From Verrucomicrobiota bacterium (lineage in GTDB: Bacteria; Verrucomicrobiota; Verrucomicrobiia; Limisphaerales; DSYF01), in assembly GCA_041181065.1 (NCBI GenBank), contig JBEGQI010000204.1, forward strand, positions 1 through 63,455: 63,455 nucleotides of DNA. The letters run 5' to 3'. The position numbers and the translations under genes were made by a program. Below, piece by piece: positions 18,324 through 28,828 of this stretch; within the stretch, counting starts at the first letter, position 1; each line of letters starts with the position of its first letter. Below the pieces are notes generated by a model, which saw only the letters and a list, made by a program, of their open reading frames with translations, was not told where the DNA came from and did no database searches.

Positions 18324-21098
18324 GTGAAAAAAATCATCGTCGCTCTACTGGTCGCCGCGGGTCTGGCCCCGGCGCTGGCCACCATCAACACCGCGTTGCA
18401 GATGCAGCTGGGGAATCCCAGCAGCGCCACGGCCAACACGAACAACCATTTCCATTACCTCGTGCAGCGCCCGGTCTTCGCGATGGATTATTGCGATACC
18501 AATGGCGTGCCGAATTGGGTGAGCTGGGACCTGACCGCGAGCGACAGCGGGTCGGTGACGCGTTCGCCGAATTTCTATGCCGACACGAATCTGCCGCCGA
18601 ACTTCGCCCTCGTGGGGCCGAACGATTACAGCGGTTCGGGCTATGATCGCGGCCACATGTGTCCGTCGGCGGACCGCACGGATGTGGTGAGCAACAACCT
18701 CGCGGTGTTTGTGATGTCGAATATCATCCCGCAGACGTCAGAGAACAACTCGGGCGTGTGGGCGCAGTTCGAGAGCTATTGCCGCACGTTGTCGGAATCC
18801 AGCAACGAGGTGCTCATCATCTGTGGGCCGAGCGGGTTCAACGGCGCGCGCATCCCGTCCGGGCACGCGGCCATCCCGTCGAACGTGTGGAAGGTGGCCG
18901 TGATCGTGCCCAACGGCGCGGGCACGGCGTTGAGCCGGCTGACAGTCTCCAATCGGGTCATCAGCATCCGGACGCCGAACACGACGAACGCCACCACTCC
19001 CTGGCAGCAATACGTGACGACGGCACGGGCAATCGAGCTGGACACGGGGCTGAATTTCTTCGACGCGGTGCCACCCACCATCGCCTCAGCCTATCGGGCG
19101 CGGATCGACGGGCTGACGAACGCGCAGCCGCCGGTGATCGCCAGCTTCTCGCCCGTCAGTGGGGTGACCGGCAATTCGGTGGTCATCACGGGAACCAATT
19201 TTAATTCCGCCTCGGTCGTTGCGTTCAACGGGACGACCGCGACCTTCTACGTGGATTCCAACACCAAGATCACCGCTACTGTGCCGGTCGGAGCGACGAC
19301 CGGCCCGATCAGCGTGACGACGCCGGGCGGCACGGCGGTCAGTTCGACCAGCTTCACGGTCGGGCTGGTGTTCACGCCGGATCTGGCGGTTAGTTGCACG
19401 CACACGAGCACGTTCACCCAAGGTGACTTCAACCGCTCGCTGTTCATCACGGTGACCAATGCCGGCAACTCGAACAGCTTCGGCACGGTCACGCTGACCA
19501 ACTTCCTGCCGACGGGTCTGACGCTGCTGAGCATGACCGGCGCGGGCTGGACGTTTGACACCAACGCCGTCACGGCCACACGGGCGGACAATCTCGCCAC
19601 GACTTCCAGTTATCCGGCCATCACGCTCACGGTGAATGTGGCTTCCAATGCGCCGTCGATGATCACCAACACGGTGAATCTGACCGGGGGTGGCGACACG
19701 AGCCCCGGCAACAACACGGCGAGTGACATCATCCCGGTCAACTCGCTGGCGGGCGTCCCGTTGTTGCTGGCGGGCTGGGACGTGAGCGGGCAGTCGAGCT
19801 TCGGCACTTCGCCGCTGGCGCCCTCGACCGCTTCACTGAACGTCAGCGCGGGCGGATTGACGCGGGGCGCGGGCGTTTCGACCACGGGCACCGGGGCGGC
19901 GCGCGGTTGGGGCGGCAGTGCGTGGACCAACACGACATCCGCCACGGCGATCAGCTTGAACCAGTTCGCCACGTTCTCGATCGCCGCCAGCTTCGGCTAT
20001 GAAGTGTCGTTCACCGCGCTCAGCAAGTTCGACTACCGCCGTTCGGGCACGGGAGCGACCAACGGCTTGTTGCAATATCAACTGGGCTCCGGACCGTTCG
20101 TCACCATCACGAACATAACCTACCCTTCGACAAACACTGCGGGCGCGTCCGCCGGACCGATCGACCTCAGTGGTGTGGCGGAATTGCAGCACGTGCTATG
20201 GACGACGAACGTCACCTTCCGCATCGTCAACTGGAACGGCACCAGCTCGGCCGGCACGTGGTATGTCTTCGACACGGCCAGTTCCGCTGCGCCCGACCTC
20301 GCCATCATGGGCACGCTGCTTTACACGATCCCGCCGCCCGCCGACATCACGAGTCAGCCGCAGGGGCGGACGAACAATGTAGGCACGGTCGCCACCTTCA
20401 ACGTCATCGCGAGCGGGCCGGGCACGTTGCAGTATCAGTGGTATTTCAACGATACGAATGCCATCGCCAACGCCACAAACACCACGCTCATCCTCAGCAA
20501 CGTGCAGCCGTCCGACGCAGGCAATTACTCCGTGATCGTGAACAACGGCAGCCTCTCGGCGAGTTCAAACGCGACGCTCACGGTAAACCAGCTGCCGATC
20601 GTCGTGAACGATGCGTTCAACCGCTCACCCGACACGGCCCTCACCATTCCGATCATTGCCGTGCTGACCAACGACACCGATGCCGATGGCGATGCGTTGA
20701 CGCTGGCGGGCTTGAGTGAAACCAGCACGAACGGCGCGTTGATGGATCACGACGATTTTAACATCTATTACACACCGGCACCTACCAATGGCAACGTCCT
20801 GGATGTCTTCGCCTACGACATCAGCGACGGTCGCGGCGGCACGGCGAGCGGCTTCGTCTTGGTGCGGACCGTTTATCCACTAAGTCTCTCCGGAGTGTAT
20901 AATGCGGGGGGATTTACGCTCGGCGCCTCGCCAGGCGTCGCCGATGTGACGTATCTACTGCAAGTCACAACCAACTTAGCCGCGCCGAGCTGGGCGACCA
21001 TCGCCACGAATACGCCCGCGACCAACGGACCGATACAGTTCGCAGACCCGCTTGCCACCAACGCGCCGACGCGCTTCTACCGCACGCTGACACCGTAG
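18324..21098 (+). CDS. Secreted DNA/RNA non-specific endonuclease with IPT/TIG, Ig-like and cadherin-like domains
   Basis: Signal peptide; YDRGHMCPSADR and NIIPQ...N..VW..FE nuclease motifs; ITGTNF TIG repeat; ITSQP...YQWY...DAGNYSV Ig domain; NDTDADGD repeat; C-terminal RFYR. Confidence 0.9.
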   Translation: MKKIIVALLVAAGLAPALATINTALQMQLGNPSSATANTNNHFHYLVQRPVFAMDYCDTNGVPNWVSWDLTASDSGSVTRSPNFYADTNLPPNFALVGPNDYSGSGYDRGHMCPSADRTDVVSNNLAVFVMSNIIPQTSENNSGVWAQFESYCRTLSESSNEVLIICGPSGFNGARIPSGHAAIPSNVWKVAVIVPNGAGTALSRLTVSNRVISIRTPNTTNATTPWQQYVTTARAIELDTGLNFFDAVPPTIASAYRARIDGLTNAQPPVIASFSPVSGVTGNSVVITGTNFNSASVVAFNGTTATFYVDSNTKITATVPVGATTGPISVTTPGGTAVSSTSFTVGLVFTPDLAVSCTHTSTFTQGDFNRSLFITVTNAGNSNSFGTVTLTNFLPTGLTLLSMTGAGWTFDTNAVTATRADNLATTSSYPAITLTVNVASNAPSMITNTVNLTGGGDTSPGNNTASDIIPVNSLAGVPLLLAGWDVSGQSSFGTSPLAPSTASLNVSAGGLTRGAGVSTTGTGAARGWGGSAWTNTTSATAISLNQFATFSIAASFGYEVSFTALSKFDYRRSGTGATNGLLQYQLGSGPFVTITNITYPSTNTAGASAGPIDLSGVAELQHVLWTTNVTFRIVNWNGTSSAGTWYVFDTASSAAPDLAIMGTLLYTIPPPADITSQPQGRTNNVGTVATFNVIASGPGTLQYQWYFNDTNAIANATNTTLILSNVQPSDAGNYSVIVNNGSLSASSNATLTVNQLPIVVNDAFNRSPDTALTIPIIAVLTNDTDADGDALTLAGLSETSTNGALMDHDDFNIYYTPAPTNGNVLDVFAYDISDGRGGTASGFVLVRTVYPLSLSGVYNAGGFTLGASPGVADVTYLLQVTTNLAAPSWATIATNTPATNGPIQFADPLATNAPTRFYRTLTP

Positions 21099-22886
21099 TT
21101 AGCGTTTCAACCGATAATACATCTGCGCATCCAGGTTCGTCGTCGTCACGACGTTCGAGCCGTTCAGCGTGAACACCCCGAGGTTCAAACCCACCCAATT
21201 GCTCGTGAGGCTCAGGTCATTGTTCTGTTCCAGCGCGTAGGTGTAGAACTGCGGCGGCCAGAGCAATCGCACCAGCGGCGGCGTGGAGGCGTCGAGACTC
21301 AACGTCGGCGGAAAATCGAGGAAGAAGTTCGAGACGGTGGTCGCGGTGCCCGCCGGTGCAGTCAGCGCAATCGGGCCGGTGCTCGCGCCGTTGGGCACGG
21401 TGATGCGCGCGGCGTTGTCGCTGAGAACTGTGAGTGACGTGCCCGGTGTTCCCCGGAATGTGATCAGCGTCGTGCCCAGGAAGTTGGTGCCAAGAATCGT
21501 CACGTTCGTCCCCGGAAAGCCGTGCACTGGCGAGAAGCTGGTGATGATGGGCGCCGCGTAAAAGTTCGACTGCGCGTTGGCCGCCGTGCTGTTCGTTCCG
21601 CCGGGTCCAACAAGCGTCAGCGGGCCGGTCGTGAATCCACTGGGAACAGTCGCAAGGATCACATTATTGTTGCTGACCGAGAACGACGCGGTGGTGCCGT
21701 TGAACTTGAGCGAAGTGGCGTCGGTGAAGTTCGTGCCGTTGAGGGTCACGGTGGTTCCGGGCGCGCTGTTGGTCGGGGTGAAACTGACGATCCGCGGTGC
21801 CAGATAAAAGAGCGTGAGCGAAGTGGCCGTCCCGTCGGTTGTGGTGACCGTGATGGCGCCAGAAGTCGCCGATGACGGCACGGTGGCCGTGAGTTGATTG
21901 GCTGTCACGCCTGAGACAGAGGTAGATGTGGCACCGTTGAATTTCACGACCGGCGTGCCCACGTTGAGGTTGGCACCATTGATGACCACATTCGTGCCCG
22001 CTGCACCGACAGACGGCGAAAAACTGGTGATGGTCGGCAGCACGACAAAGTTGCTGGCTGAAACGGAGCCGCCGCCCGGCGCCGTAATGGTGATGACTCC
22101 GGTGGTCACACCGCCAGGAACCGTTGCGGTGATTTGATTGTTGCTATTGGTCGTGAAACTCGCGGTCAGACCGTTGAACAACACCGATGTGACCCCGATG
22201 AAGTTGGTGCCGGTGATGGCGACGTTCGTGCCGGAACGACCAGCGGACGGGTTGAATCCCGTGATGACCGTTGCTGCATAAAAGTTCGTAGGCGTGTTAT
22301 TGGTGCCAGGCGTTCCGGTGCTGGCCATCACAGTGATAGGCCCGGTGGTAACCCCAGGCGGCGCCATGGCTGAGATCTGCGTCGCGGAAGTGATCGTCGC
22401 AGAAGTGGCTTTCTTGCCGTTGAAGAGGATGCCGTTCGTGCCGGGAATTGAGCCAAGGCGGATGCCATTCATCGTGACCAGCGTCCCGCCCGAGCCGCCA
22501 GCTGGAGTAAAGCTCGTGACAAACGGACCCGGACCGACCACTTGAAAAACCTGCGGACCGAAGACGGTGGTGACGTTGCTCCGCGTAACACTGATCAAGC
22601 CGGACGTGGCGCCGACGGGAATGCCGGTGACACTGATGGCGGTGTCACCGATGACGCTGAAGCCCGCGGCTGTGCCATTGAACTTCACCGCGGTGATGGC
22701 TGGAACATTGTTGGGCGCAAAACTGCTTCCGTAGACCGTCACCGGGTCGCCCACGGCACCGATCCAACTGACACCGCCCAACGCTTCAACTCGAGCGTCA
22801 GTGATGGTTTGGGCACGGGCGGCAAAGGCAGAAAGCACGACCAAGGTGGCGGTCAGGGCACGGGCCGTCGAAAACAGTGGCTTCAT
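21099..22886 (-). CDS. Secreted multi-IPT/TIG repeat surface protein
   Basis: Signal peptide from MKPLF; about six repeats of ITSFSP..G..GT.V.I.G.NF...V.FNG...VP.GATTG.IT; C-terminal YYRL. Confidence 0.88.
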   Translation of the reverse strand: MKPLFSTARALTATLVVLSAFAARAQTITDARVEALGGVSWIGAVGDPVTVYGSSFAPNNVPAITAVKFNGTAAGFSVIGDTAISVTGIPVGATSGLISVTRSNVTTVFGPQVFQVVGPGPFVTSFTPAGGSGGTLVTMNGIRLGSIPGTNGILFNGKKATSATITSATQISAMAPPGVTTGPITVMASTGTPGTNNTPTNFYAATVITGFNPSAGRSGTNVAITGTNFIGVTSVLFNGLTASFTTNSNNQITATVPGGVTTGVITITAPGGGSVSASNFVVLPTITSFSPSVGAAGTNVVINGANLNVGTPVVKFNGATSTSVSGVTANQLTATVPSSATSGAITVTTTDGTATSLTLFYLAPRIVSFTPTNSAPGTTVTLNGTNFTDATSLKFNGTTASFSVSNNNVILATVPSGFTTGPLTLVGPGGTNSTAANAQSNFYAAPIITSFSPVHGFPGTNVTILGTNFLGTTLITFRGTPGTSLTVLSDNAARITVPNGASTGPIALTAPAGTATTVSNFFLDFPPTLSLDASTPPLVRLLWPPQFYTYALEQNNDLSLTSNWVGLNLGVFTLNGSNVVTTTNLDAQMYYRLKR

Positions 22887-23063
22887 GTTTGAAACAAGCC
22901 GTGCGGGGCGTTTCCGGCACAACGCCGTAACTCGGTTCCGCAGGACAAGCGGCATCATCTTGGCAGCCGAACCGGGGAATTCAACCCCGGGAATTGCGGA
23001 CAGGATGACAAACTTTTAATGGGAATTGCCCCCCGCCGGAGCGCGTGACTAGCATCGTGGCTC

Positions 23064-23741
23064 ATGGTTCGACTGGTCCTCTTCGACATCGACGGCACGC
23101 TGGTCCACACGGGCGGCGCGGGCGTGAAGGCGTTCGCCAAAGTCTTCGCCAGCGAATTCGGCGCCCACGACGGCATCCAGCATATGAAGTTCGCCGGGCG
23201 CACGGATGTCAGCCTAGTGCGGGAGTTCTTCAACCTGCACCAGATCCCGGCCACAAGCGCCAACTTCGAACGCTTCTTCGATCATTACGTCCACTGGCTC
23301 GACTACATCCTCGCACACAGCAAGACCGAGGAATGCCCGGGCGTCCGCGATCTCATCAACGACCTGCAAACGCAACCTGAGCCGCCGTTGCTGGGCTTGC
23401 TCACCGGCAACATCCAGCTCGGCGCGGAAATCAAGCTGCGACACTTCGGGCTCTGGGATTACTTCGAGACCGGCGGTTTTGCAGATGATGACGAAGACCG
23501 GAACAAAATCGCCGCCGCTGCCAAGCTGCGCGGCGAACGCGTGCTGGGGCGCAAGCTTGCGGGCGAAGAGATCATCGTCATCGGCGACACGCCGCTCGAT
23601 ATCCGCTGCGGGCGCGCGATTGGTGCGAAAGTTCTGGCCGTGGCGACAGGCGGTTCGCGCTACGAGGAACTGGAAGTGCACCAACCAGATTGGGTCGTGG
23701 AAGACGTGCGCGGGCTGCGAGCGGCGGAGCTTTGCCGTTAA
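23064..23741 (+). CDS. HAD-superfamily hydrolase
   Basis: LFDIDGTL, LTGN and IGDTPLD motifs. Confidence 0.92.
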   Translation: MVRLVLFDIDGTLVHTGGAGVKAFAKVFASEFGAHDGIQHMKFAGRTDVSLVREFFNLHQIPATSANFERFFDHYVHWLDYILAHSKTEECPGVRDLINDLQTQPEPPLLGLLTGNIQLGAEIKLRHFGLWDYFETGGFADDDEDRNKIAAAAKLRGERVLGRKLAGEEIIVIGDTPLDIRCGRAIGAKVLAVATGGSRYEELEVHQPDWVVEDVRGLRAAELCR

Positions 23742-24817
23742 GCCGAAGCCGCAACACTACCCGACTGCACCCGCCAGCGGTGCAACTCCAACCCGAGTTC
23801 GCGCGGCCAGTTTTCCTCGGTGCAGGTCATGAACACTTGACCGTGCGAACGATGCGCTTGTTCGAGCAATGGCAGGAAACCACTGCGACGTTTCACGTCC
23901 AGTTCGCCCATCACGTCGTCAATCAGCAGGATCGGCGCGGAGCCGTGCAACCCGGCGAGATATTCGGCCTGCGCCATCTTGAGCGCGATCGCTACGGAGC
24001 GCTTCTGACCTTCGCTGCCGAATTGCGCCGCAGGCCGCACGTTTAAGTCGAGCTGAACATCGTCGCGGTGCGGACCAACAAGCGTGGCGCGATAGGTCCG
24101 TTCGCGCGCGCGGCTGGCGGCGAGTTCGACGGCAAAATCCTTCTTCACGCTGGGCAGATATTCGATGCGCAATTCCTCGGCGTCGTTCGAGATGCGGCGG
24201 TAGGCGAGCCGGGCGAGCGGTGAGATGCGCGGGACCAGTTCGCGCCGCTGGCGCGTGATCTCGGTGCCGACGGCGATAAGCTCGCGGGAGAAACTATCGA
24301 GCGCAGCCTCGTCCAACGTGCGTTGCTTGAGCAGCGCGTTGCGCGAGCGCAATGCCTGCGCGTAACGCTGGAGCAACGTCAGATAGCCCGCTTGCGTCTG
24401 CGAGAGCAGCAGGTCGAGGAAGCGCCGACGCACGCGGCCCGTGCCTTTGATGAGCTGCAAATCCTCGGTGCAGAAGACCACCGTGCGCAATGCGCCAAGA
24501 TAGTCCGCGAGTTTCTTTACGGGCCGACCGTTCAGGCTCAGACTGCGCTCGGCGGCGGACCAATACATCTTGATGTCGGCGTTGCCCTGCCCCACGACCG
24601 AGCCGCCGACGAAGTAGCCCTTGGCGCCTTGCCGGACCATCTGCGCGCTGCCGACGCCGCGAAATGACCGCAGCGTGGCCATGAGGTAAATGGCTTCGAG
24701 GATGTTGGTTTTGCCCTGTGCGTTATCGCCGAGCAACAGGTGGAAGCCCGGAGCAAAATCAACATCCATACGCGCGTAGTTGCGGAAGTCCCGCAGTCGC
24801 AAGTGAGCCAGATGCAC
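23738..24817 (-). CDS. recF: DNA replication/repair protein RecF
   Basis: LRDFRNY, GDNAQGKTNILEAI, GPHRDD, GSEGQKR, LLIDDVMGELD; GTG start. Confidence 0.95.
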   Translation of the reverse strand: MHLAHLRLRDFRNYARMDVDFAPGFHLLLGDNAQGKTNILEAIYLMATLRSFRGVGSAQMVRQGAKGYFVGGSVVGQGNADIKMYWSAAERSLSLNGRPVKKLADYLGALRTVVFCTEDLQLIKGTGRVRRRFLDLLLSQTQAGYLTLLQRYAQALRSRNALLKQRTLDEAALDSFSRELIAVGTEITRQRRELVPRISPLARLAYRRISNDAEELRIEYLPSVKKDFAVELAASRARERTYRATLVGPHRDDVQLDLNVRPAAQFGSEGQKRSVAIALKMAQAEYLAGLHGSAPILLIDDVMGELDVKRRSGFLPLLEQAHRSHGQVFMTCTEENWPRELGLELHRWRVQSGSVAASA

Positions 24818-24892
24818 GGGCGCAAGATGCGGAGCGCGGCGCGGCGCGGCGAGATTTTTCGAGTTGTGCGGCAACCGTCGCTGCGTGAAATA

Positions 24893-25585
24893 ATGTCCGC
24901 CGTGACCGACAACCTTGAACCAAGCCCGAATCAATCGCCGCGTGTATGGCCGTGGTTCGTGCTCGCGGCGGTCGTGATCGCTGCAGTGCTGGCCTTCCTC
25001 TGGGTGAGCGCTGAGGTGCGACGCGTCAAGCAGATGCAACGCTTCGATTTTCGGACACCGAAGGAATCAACCCCTCCCCCAACGCCCGCTGCTCCGCCCG
25101 CAACCACTAACGCCGCGTTGCTACCGTTCGTGATGGCCTTGAGCGGCGGCGACACAAACGCCGGACGGAACATCTTCTTCAACAAGCCGGAGGCAAGTTG
25201 CGGCAAGTGTCATCGCGTCGGTGGTCAAGGTGGCGACAACGGCCCTGCGCTCGACGGCATCGGCTCGCGGGCGACGCGCGAGTTCGTCCTTGAATCCGTG
25301 GTCGCCCCGAATGCCACGATCACCAAAGGCTACGAGAGCGTCATCCTCCGGCTGAAGAACGGCTCGGGCGTGGTGGGCGTGTTGCGGCTGGAGACCGTCG
25401 ACACACTGGTCGTCCACACGCCAGACGATGGACCTGTCACCGTCGCAACCACGAATGTGTTGGCGCGGGCAGCAGGCGTCTCGCCGATGCCGCCGGATTT
25501 TCCCACGTTGATTTCACCGGGCGACCTGCGTGACTTGATTGCCTTCGTTTCCTCGCTCAAAACGAATGCGCCGGTGGCGCGCTAG
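24893..25585 (+). CDS. Membrane-anchored c-type cytochrome (PVC-type heme-binding domain)
   Basis: N-terminal TM helix; CGKCH, GPALDGIG, SPMP, DLIAFV. Confidence 0.85.
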   Translation: MSAVTDNLEPSPNQSPRVWPWFVLAAVVIAAVLAFLWVSAEVRRVKQMQRFDFRTPKESTPPPTPAAPPATTNAALLPFVMALSGGDTNAGRNIFFNKPEASCGKCHRVGGQGGDNGPALDGIGSRATREFVLESVVAPNATITKGYESVILRLKNGSGVVGVLRLETVDTLVVHTPDDGPVTVATTNVLARAAGVSPMPPDFPTLISPGDLRDLIAFVSSLKTNAPVAR

Positions 25586-25650
25586 AATTTCCGGCGGTTT
25601 TTCGAGTTGCCATTGACTTTCGGGTGCGCGCACACATCTTTGCGCCCGTT

Positions 25651-26406
<756 letters not shown>

Positions 26407-26617
26407 GCCCATGACGGAAGAATTGTTGCGGCCCGGCTCAATGCGTGGCCGCTTAAATTGATTCATCGCGCTGGCGGCGTGTCCGATTTCTTGCCACTCC
26501 CGCTCCGCTTGCCCACGCGCATCCGAGCCAAATCTCCCAGCCATGGGCACAATCGCAGGGTCCGCAGCTAACCAGGCCAGACTTTCCCTCGGGCACCGCA
26601 TCTGCTAGAGGACGGGT

Positions 26618-27433
26618 GTGTATCTGGAGCATTACGGGCTGAAAGAGCCGCCGTTTGCCATCACGCCGAACCCGCGGTTCCTGTTCTACAGCGCCAAGCA
26701 TCGCGAGGCCTACAACCATCTGTTGTATGGCATCCGCGAACGCAAGGGCTTTGTGCAACTCACCGGCGAGGTCGGCGCAGGCAAAACGACGCTCTGTCGC
26801 GCCATGCTTGACGCCCTCGACCAGCAATTCGCCACGGCGCTCATCTTGAATCCCGTGATGAGCCCGGACGAAATGGTCAAAGCCATCGCGATTGAATTTG
26901 GCCTCACGGTCAACGGCATGGACCGCCTTGAGACGGTGGCCGTCATCAATGAATTTCTCCTTTGGCGCGCCAGCCAAGGGCTGGATGCAGTGCTCATCAT
27001 CGATGAAGCGCAGGATCTCACCGACGAATTGCTCGAACAGGTCCGGCTGCTTTCCAACCTCGAAACCGATGACCGAAAGCTTTTGCAGATCGTGCTCATG
27101 GGTCAGCCCGAGTTGCGCGACCGCCTGAACGCGCATCAGCTCCGCCAATTGCGCCAGCGCATCACCGTGCGTTACCACCTCGGCGTGTTGTCGCGCGCGG
27201 AGATTGGCGAATACATCCAGCACCGCATCCACGTTTCGGGCGGCAACGGTCGTCCAACGTTCACCGGCCCGGCTATCTGGCGCATCCATCGTTACAGCGG
27301 CGGGGTGCCCAGGCTCGTAAACGCGGTCTGCGACAAGGCAATGCTCGCAGGCTTTGTGAACCAAACGGATGAAATCGATTTCAAAATCATCGGCCGCGCC
27401 ATCCGGGAGTTGGAAGGACAAATCGAACACTGA
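26618..27433 (+). CDS. ExeA/GspA-family AAA ATPase
   Basis: YGLKEPPF.ITP.P.F, GEVGAGKT, IIDEAQ, GQPEL, GVPRLVN..CD. Confidence 0.92.
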   Translation: MYLEHYGLKEPPFAITPNPRFLFYSAKHREAYNHLLYGIRERKGFVQLTGEVGAGKTTLCRAMLDALDQQFATALILNPVMSPDEMVKAIAIEFGLTVNGMDRLETVAVINEFLLWRASQGLDAVLIIDEAQDLTDELLEQVRLLSNLETDDRKLLQIVLMGQPELRDRLNAHQLRQLRQRITVRYHLGVLSRAEIGEYIQHRIHVSGGNGRPTFTGPAIWRIHRYSGGVPRLVNAVCDKAMLAGFVNQTDEIDFKIIGRAIRELEGQIEH

Positions 27434-27434
27434 C

Positions 27435-28004
27435 ATGAGCCTCATAAACGATGCACTGAAGCGCACGAAAGAGGCGCAGCAACTGACGCCCGCCGCCGCG
27501 AACGGACCTGAGTTGAAGACCATTGATTCCGCGACTGCTAAAACGGCGAGCAGTTCAAAGACACTGCTCTACATCATGGTCGCCTGTGTTTTTCTTGGAA
27601 ACGCCCTCATCTTTCTGCACTACTTTTTGAACGACCAGGGTAACAAGAAACCCGCACCGGCCACCGCCTCCACCAACATTGTGTCACCCCAAGTCACCGC
27701 CGCCGTCACACCGCCCTCGCCCGCTGCTGTTTCGGCCACACCTCCCGCCGCCCAACCCGCGACCAACTCCTCTTCGCTTGCAGACACAAACATCGCTACG
27801 GTCACCGCACCCGAGCCGCCAAAACCCGCACCGCTGAGACTACAAAGCATCATCTTCAACCCCCGCCGCCCCTCGGCGATGGTCAGCGGCAAATTCGTGT
27901 TCGTTGGGGACAAGGTGCAAGGCTTCCGCGTGACTGCCATCAACCAGGAATCCGTAACGTTGATCGGCAATGGCCAGACCAACGTCCTGAGTTTGCCCGA
28001 GTAG
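27435..28004 (+). CDS. ExeB/GspB-like bitopic membrane protein
   Basis: MSLINDALKR start, TM helix, Pro/Thr linker, C-terminal LQSI.F...AMVSG..V.VGD domain. Confidence 0.75.
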   Translation: MSLINDALKRTKEAQQLTPAAANGPELKTIDSATAKTASSSKTLLYIMVACVFLGNALIFLHYFLNDQGNKKPAPATASTNIVSPQVTAAVTPPSPAAVSATPPAAQPATNSSSLADTNIATVTAPEPPKPAPLRLQSIIFNPRRPSAMVSGKFVFVGDKVQGFRVTAINQESVTLIGNGQTNVLSLPE

Positions 28005-28066
28005 TGGCGCCACTACTCCTGCCGTGACTTGGCTGGACGCAACTGCTAGACACTGCGCCCGCATCG

Positions 28067-28750
28067 ATGAACCCATTGCGCGAAATGTTGCAACGTTCCT
28101 CCACGCATGCCCGCGTGGTGCCGTTCGCTTTCTTCGTCATCCTCACCGCTGGTCAGGCCGCGTTCGGTCCCGATGCGAAGTATTGGTTTTACGTCCTCAA
28201 GACTGTCGTGGGCATCTGGATCGTCTGGGAAATGCGCGCCACGGTGGCCGAGGCCCGGTGGGCCTTCAGTTGGGAGGCTGTAGTCGTGGGCGTCGTGATG
28301 TGTGTCGCGTGGATCAAGCTCGACCGCTACTACCCCATGAACCATGTGGTCATGAAACCGGTGCCCGGCGATGAATGGGTTCCCTTTGAACGGTTCAAGG
28401 ACAGTCCCACCATCGCGTGGGCACTCGTCGCCATCCGCACGTTTGGAATGACAGTCATCGTGCCGCCAATCGAGGAGGTCTTCTATCGCTCGTTCCTCTA
28501 CCGCAAGTTCATCAAGGACGACTTCGAGCAAGTGCCGATTGGATATTTTGCCGGCGCTTCGTTCGTCGCCGTCTCACTCGCATTTGGTCTGATGCACTAT
28601 CAATGGCTGCCCGGCATACTCTTCTCGATGAGTTGCCTGTGGCTTGTGTGCCGCAAGAAGCGTCTCGGCGACGCCATCACCGCCCACGCCATCACCAACT
28701 TCCTGCTCGCCATCTGGGTCGTGTGGAAGGACGACTGGAAGTTCTTCTGA
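28067..28750 (+). CDS. CPBP (CAAX-II) intramembrane glutamic protease
   Basis: PPIEEVFYR, FGLMH and AHAITN motifs; multiple TM helices. Confidence 0.9.
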   Translation: MNPLREMLQRSSTHARVVPFAFFVILTAGQAAFGPDAKYWFYVLKTVVGIWIVWEMRATVAEARWAFSWEAVVVGVVMCVAWIKLDRYYPMNHVVMKPVPGDEWVPFERFKDSPTIAWALVAIRTFGMTVIVPPIEEVFYRSFLYRKFIKDDFEQVPIGYFAGASFVAVSLAFGLMHYQWLPGILFSMSCLWLVCRKKRLGDAITAHAITNFLLAIWVVWKDDWKFF

Positions 28751-28758
28751 CCCAGAGC

Positions 28759-28817
28759 AACCGCCGATATCACAGAGCGCAAAACTTTTCTCTGTGTTCT
28801 CTGCGCTCTTTGCGGTT
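28759..28817. repeat. Intergenic imperfect inverted repeat with 9-nt periodicity
   Basis: AACCGC...CACAGAG / CTCTGTGTT-CTCTGCGCT-CTTTGCGGTT. Confidence 0.65.
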
Positions 28818-28828
28818 AAAAGTTTCCC

